Assembly: GCA_030704615.1 (NCBI GenBank)
Contig: CM060732.1
Span: 58,962,001 to 59,026,000, forward strand
Length of the DNA stretch: 64,000 bases
From: Takakia lepidozioides
Lineage: Eukaryota; Plantae; Bryophyta
Direction: 5' to 3'
In this document: one piece after another, positions 12,916 through 25,962 of the stretch
Position numbering within the stretch: position 1 is the first letter of the stretch
Layout: each line of letters starts with the position of its first letter
The notes under the pieces: generated by a model
The model's database searches: none
What the model saw: the letters and a program-made list of their open reading frames with translations, nothing else
What the model was told of the DNA's origin: nothing
Position numbers and translations under genes: made by a program

Positions 12916-13600
12916 CTACGAAGGGATGACACCTCTTCCTACGAAGGGATGACACCTGGCATCCTCATGACTGCCATCATCCTCCCCATCATCATTGTTC
13001 TCATCATCTTCATCGTCATCGCTCTCCGCCACTCTTTTGATCAACCTGTATTTGTGGGCTTTCACCTTGCATTGTTCAATGCGCTCGCCATCTTTCGCAA
13101 ACCAATTGGACATGGCATTGTCAACGAACTTGGTCATGAACTCATCTTGTTGTCTACACCATTGTCAAAGCCAAAAAAATTATAAGTCTAAATGAACAAA
13201 GTACAGCAAGTATAGCAAATGAAGAACAAAATACTTAAGAGAGAATCATGATAAGTATCTCCCCAAGCTCCGCAGATTGTTGGGATCATTCTTCCATATT
13301 GTTTTCACTTTCTTCGTGTACTTGGCAATTGCTTTGGAACGCAACAAATTATACCGTACACGCCATGAACGCATCATTTGGAGGCTATAGGTCTCAGACA
13401 TCGCTCCATCATAAGCAACTGCAACGGTTCGTGGACGACCATACTCTCCATGTGACGGTTGTCCGCATCGACCCATGTGGTTGTTCAAGCTACTTTTGGC
13501 TCCATAGTCTTTTGTGCACTTTAGACATATCCACCTTCTAGTCTCAAGATCAAAAGAGTAATGCTCTCCCCCTCTAGCATACTCCATGTAGAATCCTATC
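12916..13600 (-). pseudogene. Two exon-like segments: a C2H2/C2HC-type zinc finger and an acidic tail
   Basis: WICLKCTKDYGAKSSLNNHMGRC (C-x2-C-x12-H-x3-C); DDDEDDENNDD. Confidence 0.45.
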
Positions 13601-13707
13601 ACAAACAACCAAATGTGTACAAGTTGGAAACGGTCAAGTCGTTTCAGTCAAGCAGTCGAATCCAGATGTCAGGTTCTGACAGTGAAATGTGACAGTAAAA
13701 CCTAGGG

Positions 13708-13880
13708 GGTGACGTGTAGGCAGCACAGTATGACGTGGATGCGACGTGGCTATGACGTGGCTATGACGTGTAGTAAAGTGGTTTAACTGAATTATAAGGT
13801 GGATGCATGACGTGTAGTGAGTGGCTTAAGGGCAGAGTGACGTGGATGCATGACGTGTAGTAAAGTGGTTTAACTGAAGT
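13708..13880. repeat. Cluster of (T)GACGTG repeats
   Basis: About 8 copies, plus a duplicated TGACGTGTAGTAAAGTGGTTTAACTGAA. Confidence 0.8.
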
Positions 13881-14339
13881 GGAACATATTGATTATGTTC
13901 CATGATGTTTAGTATATTGTTTGACTGTAAATCAGTGATATTGAGTTTGCTTGACTTTGTATATTGTAATATTCTACTGTGAAGCAGTAAAAGAGGACAC
14001 ATTTTAGTAAATATGTTTCACTCTGGAGGTGTATATATATATATATATATATATGAATTGGGAGGCTTTTTATTTAATATTTGGTTATATGTTTATTACT
14101 GTTATTTCGTTTTTTTCATTCACTTTTAGTTTATATCTGTACGTATGTGAATTAGTGGATATTATATTTAAATTTTGTGATTCGCTGCACTGCATTGAAA
14201 ATATATTACAAATACAACAAAACATAGAATACAAATACAGGTCGGAACCAAAAACATTTGGATGGCTCAAAACTGGTTTATATCAAGAGTGTTTTGCAAA
14301 ACAAGTTTTGACCACATTCTACAAATGACCAACATGAGG

Positions 14340-17230
14340 GCCATGTTGCCATATCCATAGATCACTGCCCAACTGAAGTCATTGAGTAAGGATAATCTGC
14401 TGTGCAGCTAGGTCCAGCACTATCGTGGACATGTCAAGAGAACATTAGAAATCATTTTGAGAATGAATTCAGGTAGTTCCAGAGAATGGTGGTGCCAGCT
14501 ACCTTGTCACCCAAAGTGACATCCACTTCCAGGGCTGCCTTGAAATACATATCCACCAAGGCAGTGTTTAGAGTGACAACTCCAGCTTTGACGATGTCAT
14601 CATGGACCTTTGTGCCCTTTTGAGGGCTGCCAGGCTCACATTTGACGTAGATGTACACCAGTGGAATGTTCAGAATGACATCTGGTACAATTCCAGCTTG
14701 GATAATGTCACCATAAACCTCTTTGCCCCTTCCCAGGGCTGCTAGGCTCGCATATGCATATTACAAAAACAAATGAACATGACGGCCTGGTCTGGCTTCA
14801 TCCCTTCCCACATCATTTGCTCTTATGTTTCCAAAGCCTTATCCCATACCCATGCTGCACATACCTTGCAATCATGGCACTCCAAAATACCACAACTCAT
14901 TCAGCCATATTGTCAAACTCTCCCTTCACATCAGGCTTGCTGCACCCACATTTGGCATACATGTCCACCAAGGCAGAGTTCAGAATGACAATTTCCCCTT
15001 TAACGATCGGCATAAGCAAGGGGAAGGAGACAGCAGAGCTGCTGCTCTCTCCCAGCGCCAAAAAAACCAAAAGAAAAAAAAATGGAGGGGCTGAGAGAGC
15101 CGCCATGGCTGTGAAGTACCAGTATGCTGCAACGTGATGTGGTTGGGCTTCACCCCTTCCCCCATCAATATTTGATCATAGGTCTCCAAAGCCTCCATAT
15201 CATGTCCCTGCTGTGCATACCCTGCAAGCATCACCCATTCACAATCTCCAAAGCCTCCCTGCCAACCCAGTATATAAACAGAGTACACATAAGTTCCTTG
15301 CTTTGCATCCTCAACGCACCCACATTGGGCATACATGTCCACCAGGGCAGAGTTCAGAATGACATCTGGTACAATTCCAGCTTTGACAATGTCAACATAG
15401 ACCTCTTTGACGTTTTCCAGGGCTGCCAGGCTTGCATAAGCATTGCAATCACACAAAAACGTGATGTGGTTGGGGCTTCACCCCTTCCCCCATCATTTGA
15501 TCATAGGTCTCCAAATCCACCATCCCACGTCCTGCTCTGCATACCCTGCGATGCTTGTGAGTGTGTACCTGCTTTCCAGCTTCCAGACCTTTTTGGCGTG
15601 AATCCACATCATTTGCTGGCACTAGGAAAGGGTTGAGACTGAGCTGCTCAACTACTCCCTGGTCCTACATAGTGGGTTTACATAGTGTGCCAAGCACAAC
15701 ATCTGGAGCCAAAGCCTCCATCCAGTGCCCCTGCTATGCATACCCTGCAAGCATCGAGTTCTACGACACCACATCAGCTCTGACAATGTTGTCATGGGCC
15801 TCTTTGCCCTTTTCCAGGGCTTCCAGGCTTGCACACGCACTGCAACCGCACACAAACCTGATCAGCCCAAAACCAATGGCCAGCCTCTCACTGTGGTGGC
15901 AAAGAGAAAATTCCTTTTCCTCCTCCCCCACATCATGCAATACAAAGCGCGTATCAGACACATACCCCGCCTCCTTTCATCTGCCCAGACAATCTTCTCA
16001 GTTCAGCATGGATTTCCTTAATTGGGATGCAACTTGTCATCTACAGCAAGGTGTGCACCCTGTTGCCAACCCCAATGCAGCAGCGACCTGGCTGCTTTCT
16101 AACCCCTCTGACCTTCATCATTCTTCTCACCTTTGCAGTATCATCCCACCTGCCAGCTGCAGCATACATGTTTGATACCAACACAAACACCTCTTTGCAC
16201 ATGCATTGCAAATGCACACAAACATGATGTGGTTGGGCTTCACCCCTTCCCACATCATTTGATCACAGGTCTCCAAAGCCACAATCCCCCCTTGCGTGCC
16301 ACGACACCACCATCTTGTTCAGCCATAGCGTTGAAAACTGCCTTCGCATCCTCAATGCTCCCACATTTGGCATACATGTCCACCAGGGCAGTGTTCAGAA
16401 TGACATTGGGTACAATTCCAGCTCTGACAATGTCGCCATGGGCCTCTTTCCCCTTTTCCAGAGCTGCCAGGCTTGCACTCGCATTGCAAACGCACACAAA
16501 CGTGATGTGGTCGGGCTTCACCCCTTCCCCCATCATTTGATCATAGGTCTCCAAAGCCACCATCCCACGTCCCTGCAAGCATCGCGTGCCACGACACCAC
16601 ATCTCGTTCAGCCATAGTGTTGAAAACTGCCTTTGCATCCTTAATGCACTTACATTTGGCATACATGTCGACCAGGGCAGTGTTCAGAATGACATCTGGT
16701 ACAATTCCAGCTTTCACGATGTCATCATGGACCTCTTTCCCTTTTTCCAGGGCTCCCAGGCTTGCACACGAATTGCAAACACAAACGAACGTGATGTGCA
16801 ACATTTGCTCATAGGTCTCCAAAGCATTCCTACCACACCCATGCTTGGTAAATCCTGCCAACATTATATTCCACGTGATCAAAGATGGTCGAGGCATTCT
16901 GTGGAAAACCTGGTGAGCATCCATGATGCTCCCACACTTAACATACATGTTGACAAGGGTGTTGAGTAGAAAAACATTTGGCGTTAATCACTTTGGATAA
17001 TGTGAGTGTGCACCTGTTTCCAGCTTCCAGACCTTTCATCTTGATGCACTCAAGCAAGAGACAGAAGACATATCTGAATCTGCTGAAATGCCTTGTTACT
17101 TTAAAGTTGTAGAGCCTCTGTCAGTCTACCGGCCTCACAAAGCATCTTCACATGCCCAGCAGAAGAGGCATTGTGGACTCCCTCTCTTGATCCTCTTTCA
17201 GAAGCTGTGGTCATGGTTGAGGTGCTTGAT
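14340..17230 (-). pseudogene. PLS-class PPR-E-DYW RNA-editing-factor pseudogene, fragmented and rearranged
   Basis: Repeated GVKPDHITFVCVCNA.ASLAALEKGKE.H.DIV.AGIVP.VILNTALVDMYAKCG; E/PG box SNMYAAAGRWDD...KQPGRC; DYW start [32 protein letters not shown]; many frameshifts. Confidence 0.9.
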
Positions 17231-17900
17231 TTTATCAATTGTGCCGCTGCAGCTGCTACCTTTACTTGACCATCTACCCATGCAGGTTTCTTGCAGCTAT
17301 TGATCCACATGGAATCATAGGTAATCTGGAGCTTGAAGTCCAGCCCTCTTGGATGAACCTGGACCCACACTCTATCCCTGCTCCTTCAGCTATCCATGCC
17401 TCTGCACAAATCATGCATACTGCATCCTTGCCTTGCTGCTAGCACCTGACAATGACAGCCTAGATTTGTTCTAGGAAACACCTAACTCAACTTATCACAC
17501 TAGTTCCTATGGTCAATTGCATCTGCTACTCTTTGTAATCCAACAAGCATTCACCTTTTCGCCTCGATTGTCCCGCCATTGCCTGGGGTCAGAAAAGTAT
17601 CAGAATTCAACATGAAAATTTAGGGCCAATTCTGATAAGAGGGAAAAACAGGGTGAAATCTGTTGAAGAAGGTACCTTCATTAGCAGTGCCTAATTTTAT
17701 CAATTGAGCCGCTGGTGCTGTGGCTTCCAGTTCACCATCTACCCATGCAGGTTTCGTGTAGCTATTCTTCCACAGGGAATCATAGGTAATCTGGAGCTTG
17801 AAATTCGGCCCTCTTGGATGAATCTGGACCCACACTCTATCCCTGCTCCTTCAGCTATCCAGACCTCTGCACAAATCATGCACACGTCCTTGCCTTGCTG
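17230..17900. repeat. Diverged ~210-bp direct repeat (17230-17440 and 17695-17900)
   Basis: Shared GGAATCATAGGTAATCTGGAGCTTGAA...GGACCCACACTCTATCCCTGCTCCTTCAGCTATCCA. Confidence 0.85.
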
Positions 17901-18099
17901 CAGCTGACCCTAACCCTACCTACAGTAACATGTCAAAATCACTCCAAATCCACCATAGATCCACCAACGAGCTTCTCCTAATCTATGTTATCTGTTTTTG
18001 GATACTTTCCTGCTGCCACATCGGCAGTAACTTGTCAAAGTCACTCCTAACCACCACAGATCCACCCAACGAGCTAACTTACAGAATTCAATATGCATC

Positions 18100-18913
18100 T
18101 CAGGGCCGAGTCTGATGAGAGGGTAAAACAGGTAGAAATAGGTTGAAGAAGAAGGTGCCCTCGCCACATTGTCGACCTTGACCTTGTGTCATGACACATG
18201 GAGGATTTGACAGACCACTCAACCCAAAGATCCTCTTGTGTGTGCTGCTTGTGTCCATCGTCAGGAACTGTCGGATTGGTTTGTGAGAACCACCACGGTG
18301 CAGCTGAGCAGAGATTGAAACACGGTCTGCTAAGACCAAGCTCTCTCCCAAGAACCTTGTAAACATCAGGAAGAATACCAAATCATGGTACTAACAGGAG
18401 CCAACAGCCCACATTTACATGATGGACAAACTTCTTCACATCGTACATTAAGAAAAAGCCACACCTTGCGATTGCGGTTGTCACACCATCGTGAAGGATC
18501 TTTAAAAAACTCATGCCTGCTCTGCTCCGTGCTGCAAATTCAGGGCCGAGTCTGATGAGCGGCCAAAACAGGCTGAAAGACGTCGAAGAAGTTGCCCTCA
18601 CCACATTGTCCTCGACCTTGTGTCATGACCCATCGAGGATTTGACTGACCACCTCTTGTGTGTGTTGCTTGTGTCTGTAGTCAGGTAATGTCGGATTGGT
18701 CTGCGAGAGGATTGGTCTGCGAGAACCACCACGATGCAGCTGAGCGGGCGGAGATTGAAACACGGCCTGCTAAGACCAAGCCGACTCTCCCAAGAACGTT
18801 GTAAACATCAGGAAGAATACCGAATCATGGTACTAAGAGCCCACATTTGCAGGATGGACAAACATCTTCACATCGTACATTAAGAAAAGCCACACCTTGC
18901 GATTGCGGTTGTC
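18100..18913. repeat. Diverged ~375-bp direct repeat (18100-18482 and 18540-18913)
   Basis: Both copies run from CAGGGCCGAGTCTGATGAG to GCCACACCTTGCGATTGCGGTTGTC. Confidence 0.85.
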
Positions 18914-19127
18914 CACCCAAGCTATGCATATCCTGCAGATCCTCCCACGCAAACACAGCAAAACGATCAAGTCCCATAACTTACTCATCGCTGAACGCAA
19001 TCCCGCAACCCTAAATCCATTTTGAATTATTTGGATGAATGTATCGTAGATGGATGGATTTTGGGTTTTCCATCAATCTATCCATCCATCCATTTAATTT
19101 TCCGTTCATCCAATAGTTTGCTTTATC

Positions 19128-19332
19128 GTTCACTCATACGTTCATCCAGTACACACAAATTATATTTCATACGTTCATCCAACAGCTGCCAGCAAGGCGT
19201 TTGTTTATCATTCGTTCAGATAATTCAGTTGTTCTGTTTCACTAACCTTTCATACGTTCATCCAATAGTTGCCAGCAAGGCGTTTGTTTATCATTCGTTC
19301 AGATAATTCAGTTGTTATGTTTCACTAACCTT
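19128..19332. repeat. Tandem duplication (~85 bp unit) and TTCATCCA repeats
   Basis: TGCCAGCAAGGCGTTTGTTTATCATTCGTTCAGATAATTCAGTTGTT occurs twice. Confidence 0.85.
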
Positions 19333-19858
19333 AACCAGCACACGATTAGCTTACTATTAATGTGCTGGGTCAGTGAAAAAATAGTTAAATGTTTTTACTT
19401 CTTATTATCCACGTATATATTGCTATTAGTTTATATATTGTGATTACACATGCCATTGCTTAACTGGTTGTCTCAGTCAGCTCATTTTAGGCAGTCAAAA
19501 TCTCTCACTACAGTCAAAATTTTCGTGGTTGTCTAGCACCTCGAATATTTTAATATAAATTTTAACTGCAAAATGGTTGGAACAGTCGAAAGTGACAACA
19601 GTCAACGCCAGCGTCAAACTAAATCGTCGAAATTACATAGGGTGTGTTGTAGTGGTGCCTGCCATCACCTAAATTTGAAAAAAAATAAAGCCCAAGTGGG
19701 CTGGTGCGGCTGCGCGCACTTATGCGGCCAGCTCCCCGTTGCTGCGAATTGCTTGACAGAGAGGTAATGTGAGAGAATGAGAGGGTGCCATTATCCAAAT
19801 TCGAAAACCTAACCAAGCTCGGGCGGGGTGGCTGTAGGGTGCTTGTCGGGGAAGGACA

Positions 19859-20731
19859 ACGGCTAGGTGTGCCATAGCTACGAGGGCCAGACAGCGAGAG
19901 TCACGATGGGACATACCGGGTAGTGATTGGTTTACACTACCTGGTCATAGGCAGAAAAGGCTAAGTGCGCGGCACTTAGCAAACGGCGAAACAAGGGTAC
20001 ACTACCACGGGAGCAGTAGTGGGTAGTGTAGCAGCAGTGGGCCGTGAACCACAATATCACACGGCCACAGTAGCATAGGCTTTACTAATAGAGGAAGTAG
20101 TGAAAGACCGTGGACCGTGTACCACTATGGCACATGACCAAAAGTCACGACCACTACCACGAGCCATTTTTTTGGCAAACCCTTTAGGTTGCGTAGGCAG
20201 TTAGGCAACGTAACGGCTCTTTTGAGCATAGTATAAAAGGGCTGCACGCAACTTAGAAGGTATCAATGATCAGTGTGTATCCAGTGGACTCAGAGTAATT
20301 CGATGTGTACTTATGCTATGATGTGATGAACTCTGAAGTAAAGCCATGCTATTCCAAGTATCTCTGTGTAGAGTGAACGTGAGATGGAGAGATTGTGCAT
20401 TATGAGATAACGTGAGACGGTGAGAATGTGTATCATCTCAGAATAGATCTTGTTGTCTTGAATATTGTATGATTATATGAACAAAGAGGTTCCAGCCTTT
20501 CTGACTAAGACCTTTTAGCTGATGAGACTGCGGGTTGGACTTAATTAATATGATTAAGCAACCTGCCGAGATGTTGATTCATACGATTACCAGGGGTTAG
20601 CTATCTTTCAAACGATTACTCTGTAATCGTTTCAGAAGGCATACCGTCGGACAACCTCTGTTGCATGTCTTGGGAAATGGGCTGTAGAGTTGAGAGCCTA
20701 TTTTGTCTAAGTCATAAAACAGCGGTTAACA
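19859..20731 (+). mobile_element. Solo LTR (~870 bp)
   Basis: Homologous (inverted) to the LTR at 24157-25009; TATAAAAG at ~20232; ends GGTTAACA; flanked by GGACA on both sides (5-bp TSD); the first ~5 LTR bases are missing. Confidence 0.8.
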
Positions 20732-21239
20732 GGACAGCCGGGGGTGAGCGAGCCAAGCTCAGGTGACCTACCCTACAGCACATACACACACAGGTGAGTT
20801 AACAGACCGACAGAGGTGGGGGAGCTGGAGTCAGCGAGCTTGCCTTGCGAGGAAAAGAAGACAGAGGGGAGGATTTGAAGGTGCAAGGAAAGCAAGGTAA
20901 ATGAAAGAGAAAAGATCCCTAGCTCACCTCCGGAAGATGCACGGCCGAGGGCGAGCAGCTCAACGTCGGAGCTTGGGAGATTCAGAGCCGCGACAAAAAG
21001 CAAGTGACGCACGAAGCTCGCCTTCCTCCGAGCTCCCCCACGACGAGGTGACCTCCGCACCTCTCACCTTGTTCAAATTCTACCTTGCAAGCTGAGTGAA
21101 GAGGAGAGGGAGAGGGAGCTGGGCCGTGAGAGAAAGAAAGAGGTCACTTGACGATTTTGAATTTTTTTACATTAACGACGGTAATCAAACAAATTGAAAT
21201 TAGATGATCTAAGCTGACCACAACACCATTGTGACCCCA

Positions 21240-21670
21240 TGTGGCGACGCCGTTGTGACCCCTGGCGTCGCAACGTTGGGCGTCCCAGCACGGGGCGCCC
21301 CCAGCAACTCTTTTGTGAAGTTGAGGGCCGCAAAGCCCAAAAAAAAAAAAAAAAAAACTCCCACTGTGGTGATGCTGTTGCGACACCCTGGCGTCGCAAA
21401 GGTGCTGGGGCGCCCTTAGTGACACTTTTGCGACGCCGAGGCGTCGCACCATCCAAAAAAATTGTTTTTTTTTTTTGGATTTCCGACGCCGGGGCGTCGC
21501 AAGAAAAAAATCCGTCGCAACGAGGGCCTTCTTTCCCCCTTCATGCCACCTTACGACAGCTGGGCGTCGTAATGGTGTCGCAGCGGGGGATTGCGACGCC
21601 GGGGCGTCGCAAAAAAACGTCGCGGGCTCAGTGCCGCCCGGGGCGTGGGGGCACGGCTGGCGTCGCAAAC
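21240..21670. repeat. Array of TTGCGACGCC-N2-GGCGTCGCAA palindromes and half-sites
   Basis: Copies at ~21378, 21428, 21482, 21551 and 21591 plus half-sites; upstream of a CACTA transposase remnant. Confidence 0.85.
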
Positions 21671-21959
21671 CCCCCCCCATTTGTTTGTAGTGTTGGTAGT
21701 TTTAGAGCCCGGATCGGGCCTAGTGTGGGCACCCATTTCTCGTCATTTTCTATATGCGACCCCCTGGAGGTCGCTTCTAGGGACTTAGTAGTTTGGATGC
21801 TAGCTAGTGTGGGCACCCATTTCCCGTCCATTTCTATATGAGACCCCTGGAGGTCGCTTTCTGGGACTTGGTGGTTTTAGTACTGCTGGATGTTGTGGGC
21901 ACCCATTTCCCGTCGCATAGGGGTACGCAGCATGTTCATGTTGTGGGCCGGATAACCTT

Positions 21960-24156
21960 GATGCAAAGCATTCGAAGAACGTCGCGAAAATGATCTATCC
22001 CAACTGTCAGAAATTTCTTCCTCTCATCCATGGAGAACGAGAGGCAAAAAATTATTTGATGGGACCGTGGAGAGGAGACCTCCACCCGTGCGTCCCCCTG
22101 GGTCATTTTGGAAAGCCCGGTGGCAAGAGGTGCTGGATAAAAAACGCCGGCTCAAGAGGTGTGGCATGTCCCGGCTCTCAATTTTCTACAAGTTGCCTTG
22201 TTGGGAGGTACAAGTCCGAAATGCATTGGACCATACATATTTCATTGAATGTCATGACATATTCATATGAAATTGCACCGAGTTCAGGGTTTATGACAAA
22301 TTATATGGAAATTTCATGATGCGCAGGATCTGAAATCCGGCACCTCCTTGATCCCATGCATATTGAGAAGAATGTGTGTTCATCACTTAATCGTGTACTG
22401 GCAAACTTAACCGGGGGAAAGAAGAAACGCAGCGGATTCCCTTGGTGTGAGGCGAGAGCTCCAAGCCCAAAACCGTATGCCACGACTATGGCCTGAAGCT
22501 GATGGTGTGGACGTGAACAATGCTCCCAAGTGGAAGTATAGGGCGCCAACTTGGACTTGGACAAAGGAGGAATACAAGCAAGTGCGGACTACAATACGAG
22601 CTATCCGGACCCCGACCGGGTATGGCGCATCTCTACGCAACAAATTTGAGGATGCCACCACTATCCACGGTTTGAAGTCTCATGACTACCAAAACATTTT
22701 GCAAGACATCCTTCCCATTGCAATACGGGGGACACTCCATGAGGGCATTCGAAAAGCCGTCTATCGACTTGCTGATTTATTCCGTTGGCTTTGCACAAAA
22801 GAGATGGACGAGGCGGATTTTCCACGAATGAAGGAAGAGGCGGCCACAGTCTTGTGTATATTGGAGATGCATCTTCCCCCTAATTTCTTTGATATCCAAG
22901 TGCACTTGGTAGTGCACTTGGTGGAAGAGGCGGAGATTGCCGGACCGGTCCATGCTCGGTGGATGTACTTTCTAGAGCGTTACATGAAGGAGGTCAAGGC
23001 ACACGTATAGCATGGCGGATAGGTACACATTGCAAGAGGCTATGGTGTTATGTACGGAGTACATGAGAAGGGTGGACAAATAGGCCCCTCCAATGTGGAA
23101 GCAAGAGGATGATGTGCGGAACAAGGACATGGTTTTGCCCAAAAATCAAGGAGGGTGAAACTATCGAGCACCGAGGTGGAGCAAGCACATGACTTTGTAT
23201 TGAAGAACACCCCTTGCATAGTGGAGTGGGAGGCAAGCCATGCGGATGAGAATGCACGGCGGTTGGAAGCAAGTACAATTTGGAGACGCACACGTGCAAG
23301 GGAATTGCAAGCCTCACGAGGATGGCGCGGATCCAGGATCACGGCCCCATCGGGGGCGTGTGATTTGCCCACGGAGATGCAGCCATTGAGACCATTTCGC
23401 CATTGGCTCCGGAGTGGAGTTGAGGCTGCGATGGCCGCGGGCGAGGTGGTGCCGCCTTCAGTGCAAGAGCTTGCGAGAGGGCCATCCTCAATATGCCATT
23501 TCATTCTCCTCAATTTGGATTCATGGTCGTCATTTCTACATCCGTTCTCTTGACATGCCTCGGAAGACCACATTTGACTCCGGTTTGTGTGCAACATATT
23601 GGCAAGACTCCGTGTCAAGCACAAGGGACATTCAACCCAAGAGAAGCAAGCTTGGATATATTGGGGAGCTTGATGCCATTTTGCAACTCGAGTGTGATCA
23701 CCATCGGCCCTATTCTTTTCAAGGGGAGGTGGTTCCAACCCCACATTGCAAGCCCAAATGCAACCCTCTTGCCTGACAAGTGTGGCTTCATGCGGGTCAA
23801 CACTTCTAGGATCAGCCCTCTACACGCATCTCCAATGAACCATTTGCATGGCTGAAGGACATGGAACAAGTCATTTTTTCCGAAGACAAGACTAGATCGG
23901 GCAATTGGAAGGTGGTTGTGCATGCTAGGCCAAGAGGGAGACGCATTTACCATGACGAGGGATCAAACCGTTGGGGTGGTGATGAGGCCGAAGTGGCCGA
24001 AGCGACTGAGGTGGACAAGGTGGCCGAAGCGGCCGATGCGGATGCGGATGCGGGAGATGATGCTTTGTGGATAGAGGCAATTGAAGACACTCCCTTCAAC
24101 AATGTTGGAGGAGATCAAGTGGTTGATGCGAATATTGCGCCGGAGGAGGAGGAAGA
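21960..24156 (+). mobile_element. CACTA/EnSpm transposase remnant (end of Transposase_21, DUF4218-like and DUF4216-like regions)
   Basis: RLSIFYKLPCWE|RHLLDPMHIEKNV; GLKSHDY; FFDIQVHLVVHLVEE...GPVHARWMYFLERYMK; YIGELDAILQL; stops and frameshifts; truncated by an LTR. Confidence 0.9.
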
Positions 24157-25619
24157 TGTTAACCGTTGGTTTATGACTTAGACAAAATAGGCCATTAACA
24201 CTACTACCCATTTCCTAAGACATGCAACAGAGGTTGTCCGACGGTATGCTTTCAGAAATGATTACGAAGTAATCGTTTTAAGGATAGCTAAACCTTGAAC
24301 GTCGGATGAAGCCTTATCCCTGCTGGCTGCTTAATCCTATTGATTAAGCCCAATCTACAGTCTCTTTAGCATAAAAGATCTTAGTCAAAAGGACTGAAGC
24401 CTCTTGGTTCATACAAGCAGATGGTAATCAAGAGAAAACAAGTACTATTCTGAGATGATACACATTCTCACCATCTCACGTTCTCTCATAATGCACATTC
24501 TCTCCATCTCACATTCACTCTACACAGAGATACTTCGAATAGCATGGCTTTACTTCAGAGCTCATCACATTATCACAGAAGTACACACTGATCACTGATA
24601 CTCATACTGCACACCCTCTAAGTTGCGTGCAGCCTTTTTATACTATGCTCAAAAGAGCCGTTACAGTCTGCGGTCGTTAATGACCGTTTGCTAACTGCCT
24701 ACGCAACCTAAAAAGTTTGCTAAAAAGTGGCTCGTTGCAGTGGTCGTGAGCCATAGTGGTAAACGGTCCACTACTCCTTCTATTGGTTAAAGCCGATGCT
24801 AATGTGGCCGTGTGATATCGTGGTTCACGGCTCACGATTACTACACTACCCACTACTGCTCTCGTGGTAATGTACCTTTGTCCCGTCATTGGCTAAGTAC
24901 CGCGTACTTAGCCGTCTCTGCCTATGGCTCAGGTAGTGTACGTCCGTCACTACCCGGTATGTCCCATTGTGACCCTCGTTGTCTGTCCCTTGTAGCATAG
25001 CCGTTATCATTTATCCCCCCCCCCCCCCCCTCTCTTTTGAAATTGTGTCCTCACAATTTCGTCAGTTCATGTGCTTGCTGTATCTCTTGGGGATGTAAGG
25101 TGGTGGCATGCCTGTCTGCGAGGTAGGAAGTGCGTCCCAGGATTGTCGTGGTGGCAGCTTATTGTTCCTATTATCGTCACTGTCTGGTTGCTCCTCTGGT
25201 TCGTGAGTAGGCCAGCTTTCTTCATCAGGGTGCTCTGCTATCCCGTCCTCATGTACCATATCGATTTTGTTGGTCAAGGTTTCTCGGTAGGTTTGCAGCT
25301 CCTCCTTGGTCCAGGGTATCATGTGTTTTGTTGCCCTGCTGCCCATTAACCAGTTAACAGCTTGGACCCATGTTTCTCTGAAAGGGTGGTCCTTGTCCAA
25401 TACCAATGGTGAAAAGTGATCATTCGCCTAGCGCCATGCTTCAGCATACAGTGGCCTATTCATATATGCTGAAGTGCCTGTGACTCTCTCTGGTGGCTGG
25501 AATTTGGGTAATTCCCAGTGAGTATTTTTTTCAATACTCTCATAGCACTGCCAGCTTCCCCTCATTGTCACGAACATGTGGTACAAGTAACTGCCAATAT
25601 AAAAACTTGGGCATCCCAT
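24157..25619 (-). mobile_element. LTR retrotransposon 3' end: 3' ORF remnant, poly-G PPT (25015-25030) and 3' LTR 24157-25009
   Basis: The LTR reads TGATAACGG...CGGTTAACA on the minus strand and is preceded by G16; interrupted at 25620 by family X. Confidence 0.85.
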
Positions 25620-25756
25620 TGTTAGAGGGCTGCTTGGGACTTAGACGCTTTTACGGGTTCTGTGGGGTACCCTTAATTTTTGCGCAGACTTATGAATGGT
25701 AGACTGAGACCAACAGGAGCCTTAGGGGTGGCAGACGCAGGCTTTAGGGGGGGTAG

Positions 25757-25962
25757 CACAGCCACACACAACTTTACACAGCCTGACACAGCTTTGCACA
25801 GCCAGTCACAACCCGACACAGCTTCGCACAGCCAGTCACAGCCCGACACAGCTTTACACAGCCCGTCACAGTCTATCACAGCCAAATACAGTCTGACACA
25901 GCCCGACACAGCTTTACACAGCCAGTCACAGCTCGGCACAGCTTGACACAGCCTATCACAGT
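25757..25962 (+). repeat. CACAGC-based ~10-bp subterminal tandem array of family X
   Basis: CACAGCCCGA/CACAGCTTTG/CACAGCCAGT units; also at 34517-34757, 50226-50455 and 61530-61695. Confidence 0.9.

Larger units (their letters stand above)
11711..14055 (-). mobile_element. Possible non-autonomous Helitron
   Basis: The minus-strand end has hairpin GCCTC-TCAA-GAGGC followed by TAATC-CTAG. The other end is a (TA)n run with TGACGTG-rich subterminal repeats. No RepHel seen, and CTAG is followed by A rather than T. Confidence 0.4.

Noticed and set aside
17230-17900. RING (RFWD3-like) fragment VCMICAEAWIAEG in the repeat
   Set aside because: Only the first Cys pair matches; too short to support.
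21144-21841. Several 60-200 aa ORFs on both strands
   Set aside because: By-products of GC-rich palindromic repeats.
19859-25009. Single TIR element with ~850-bp inverted repeats enclosing a CACTA transposase
   Set aside because: The repeats are LTRs (TATA box, TG/CA-type ends); one has its own TSD and the other a PPT, so these are two independent insertions.
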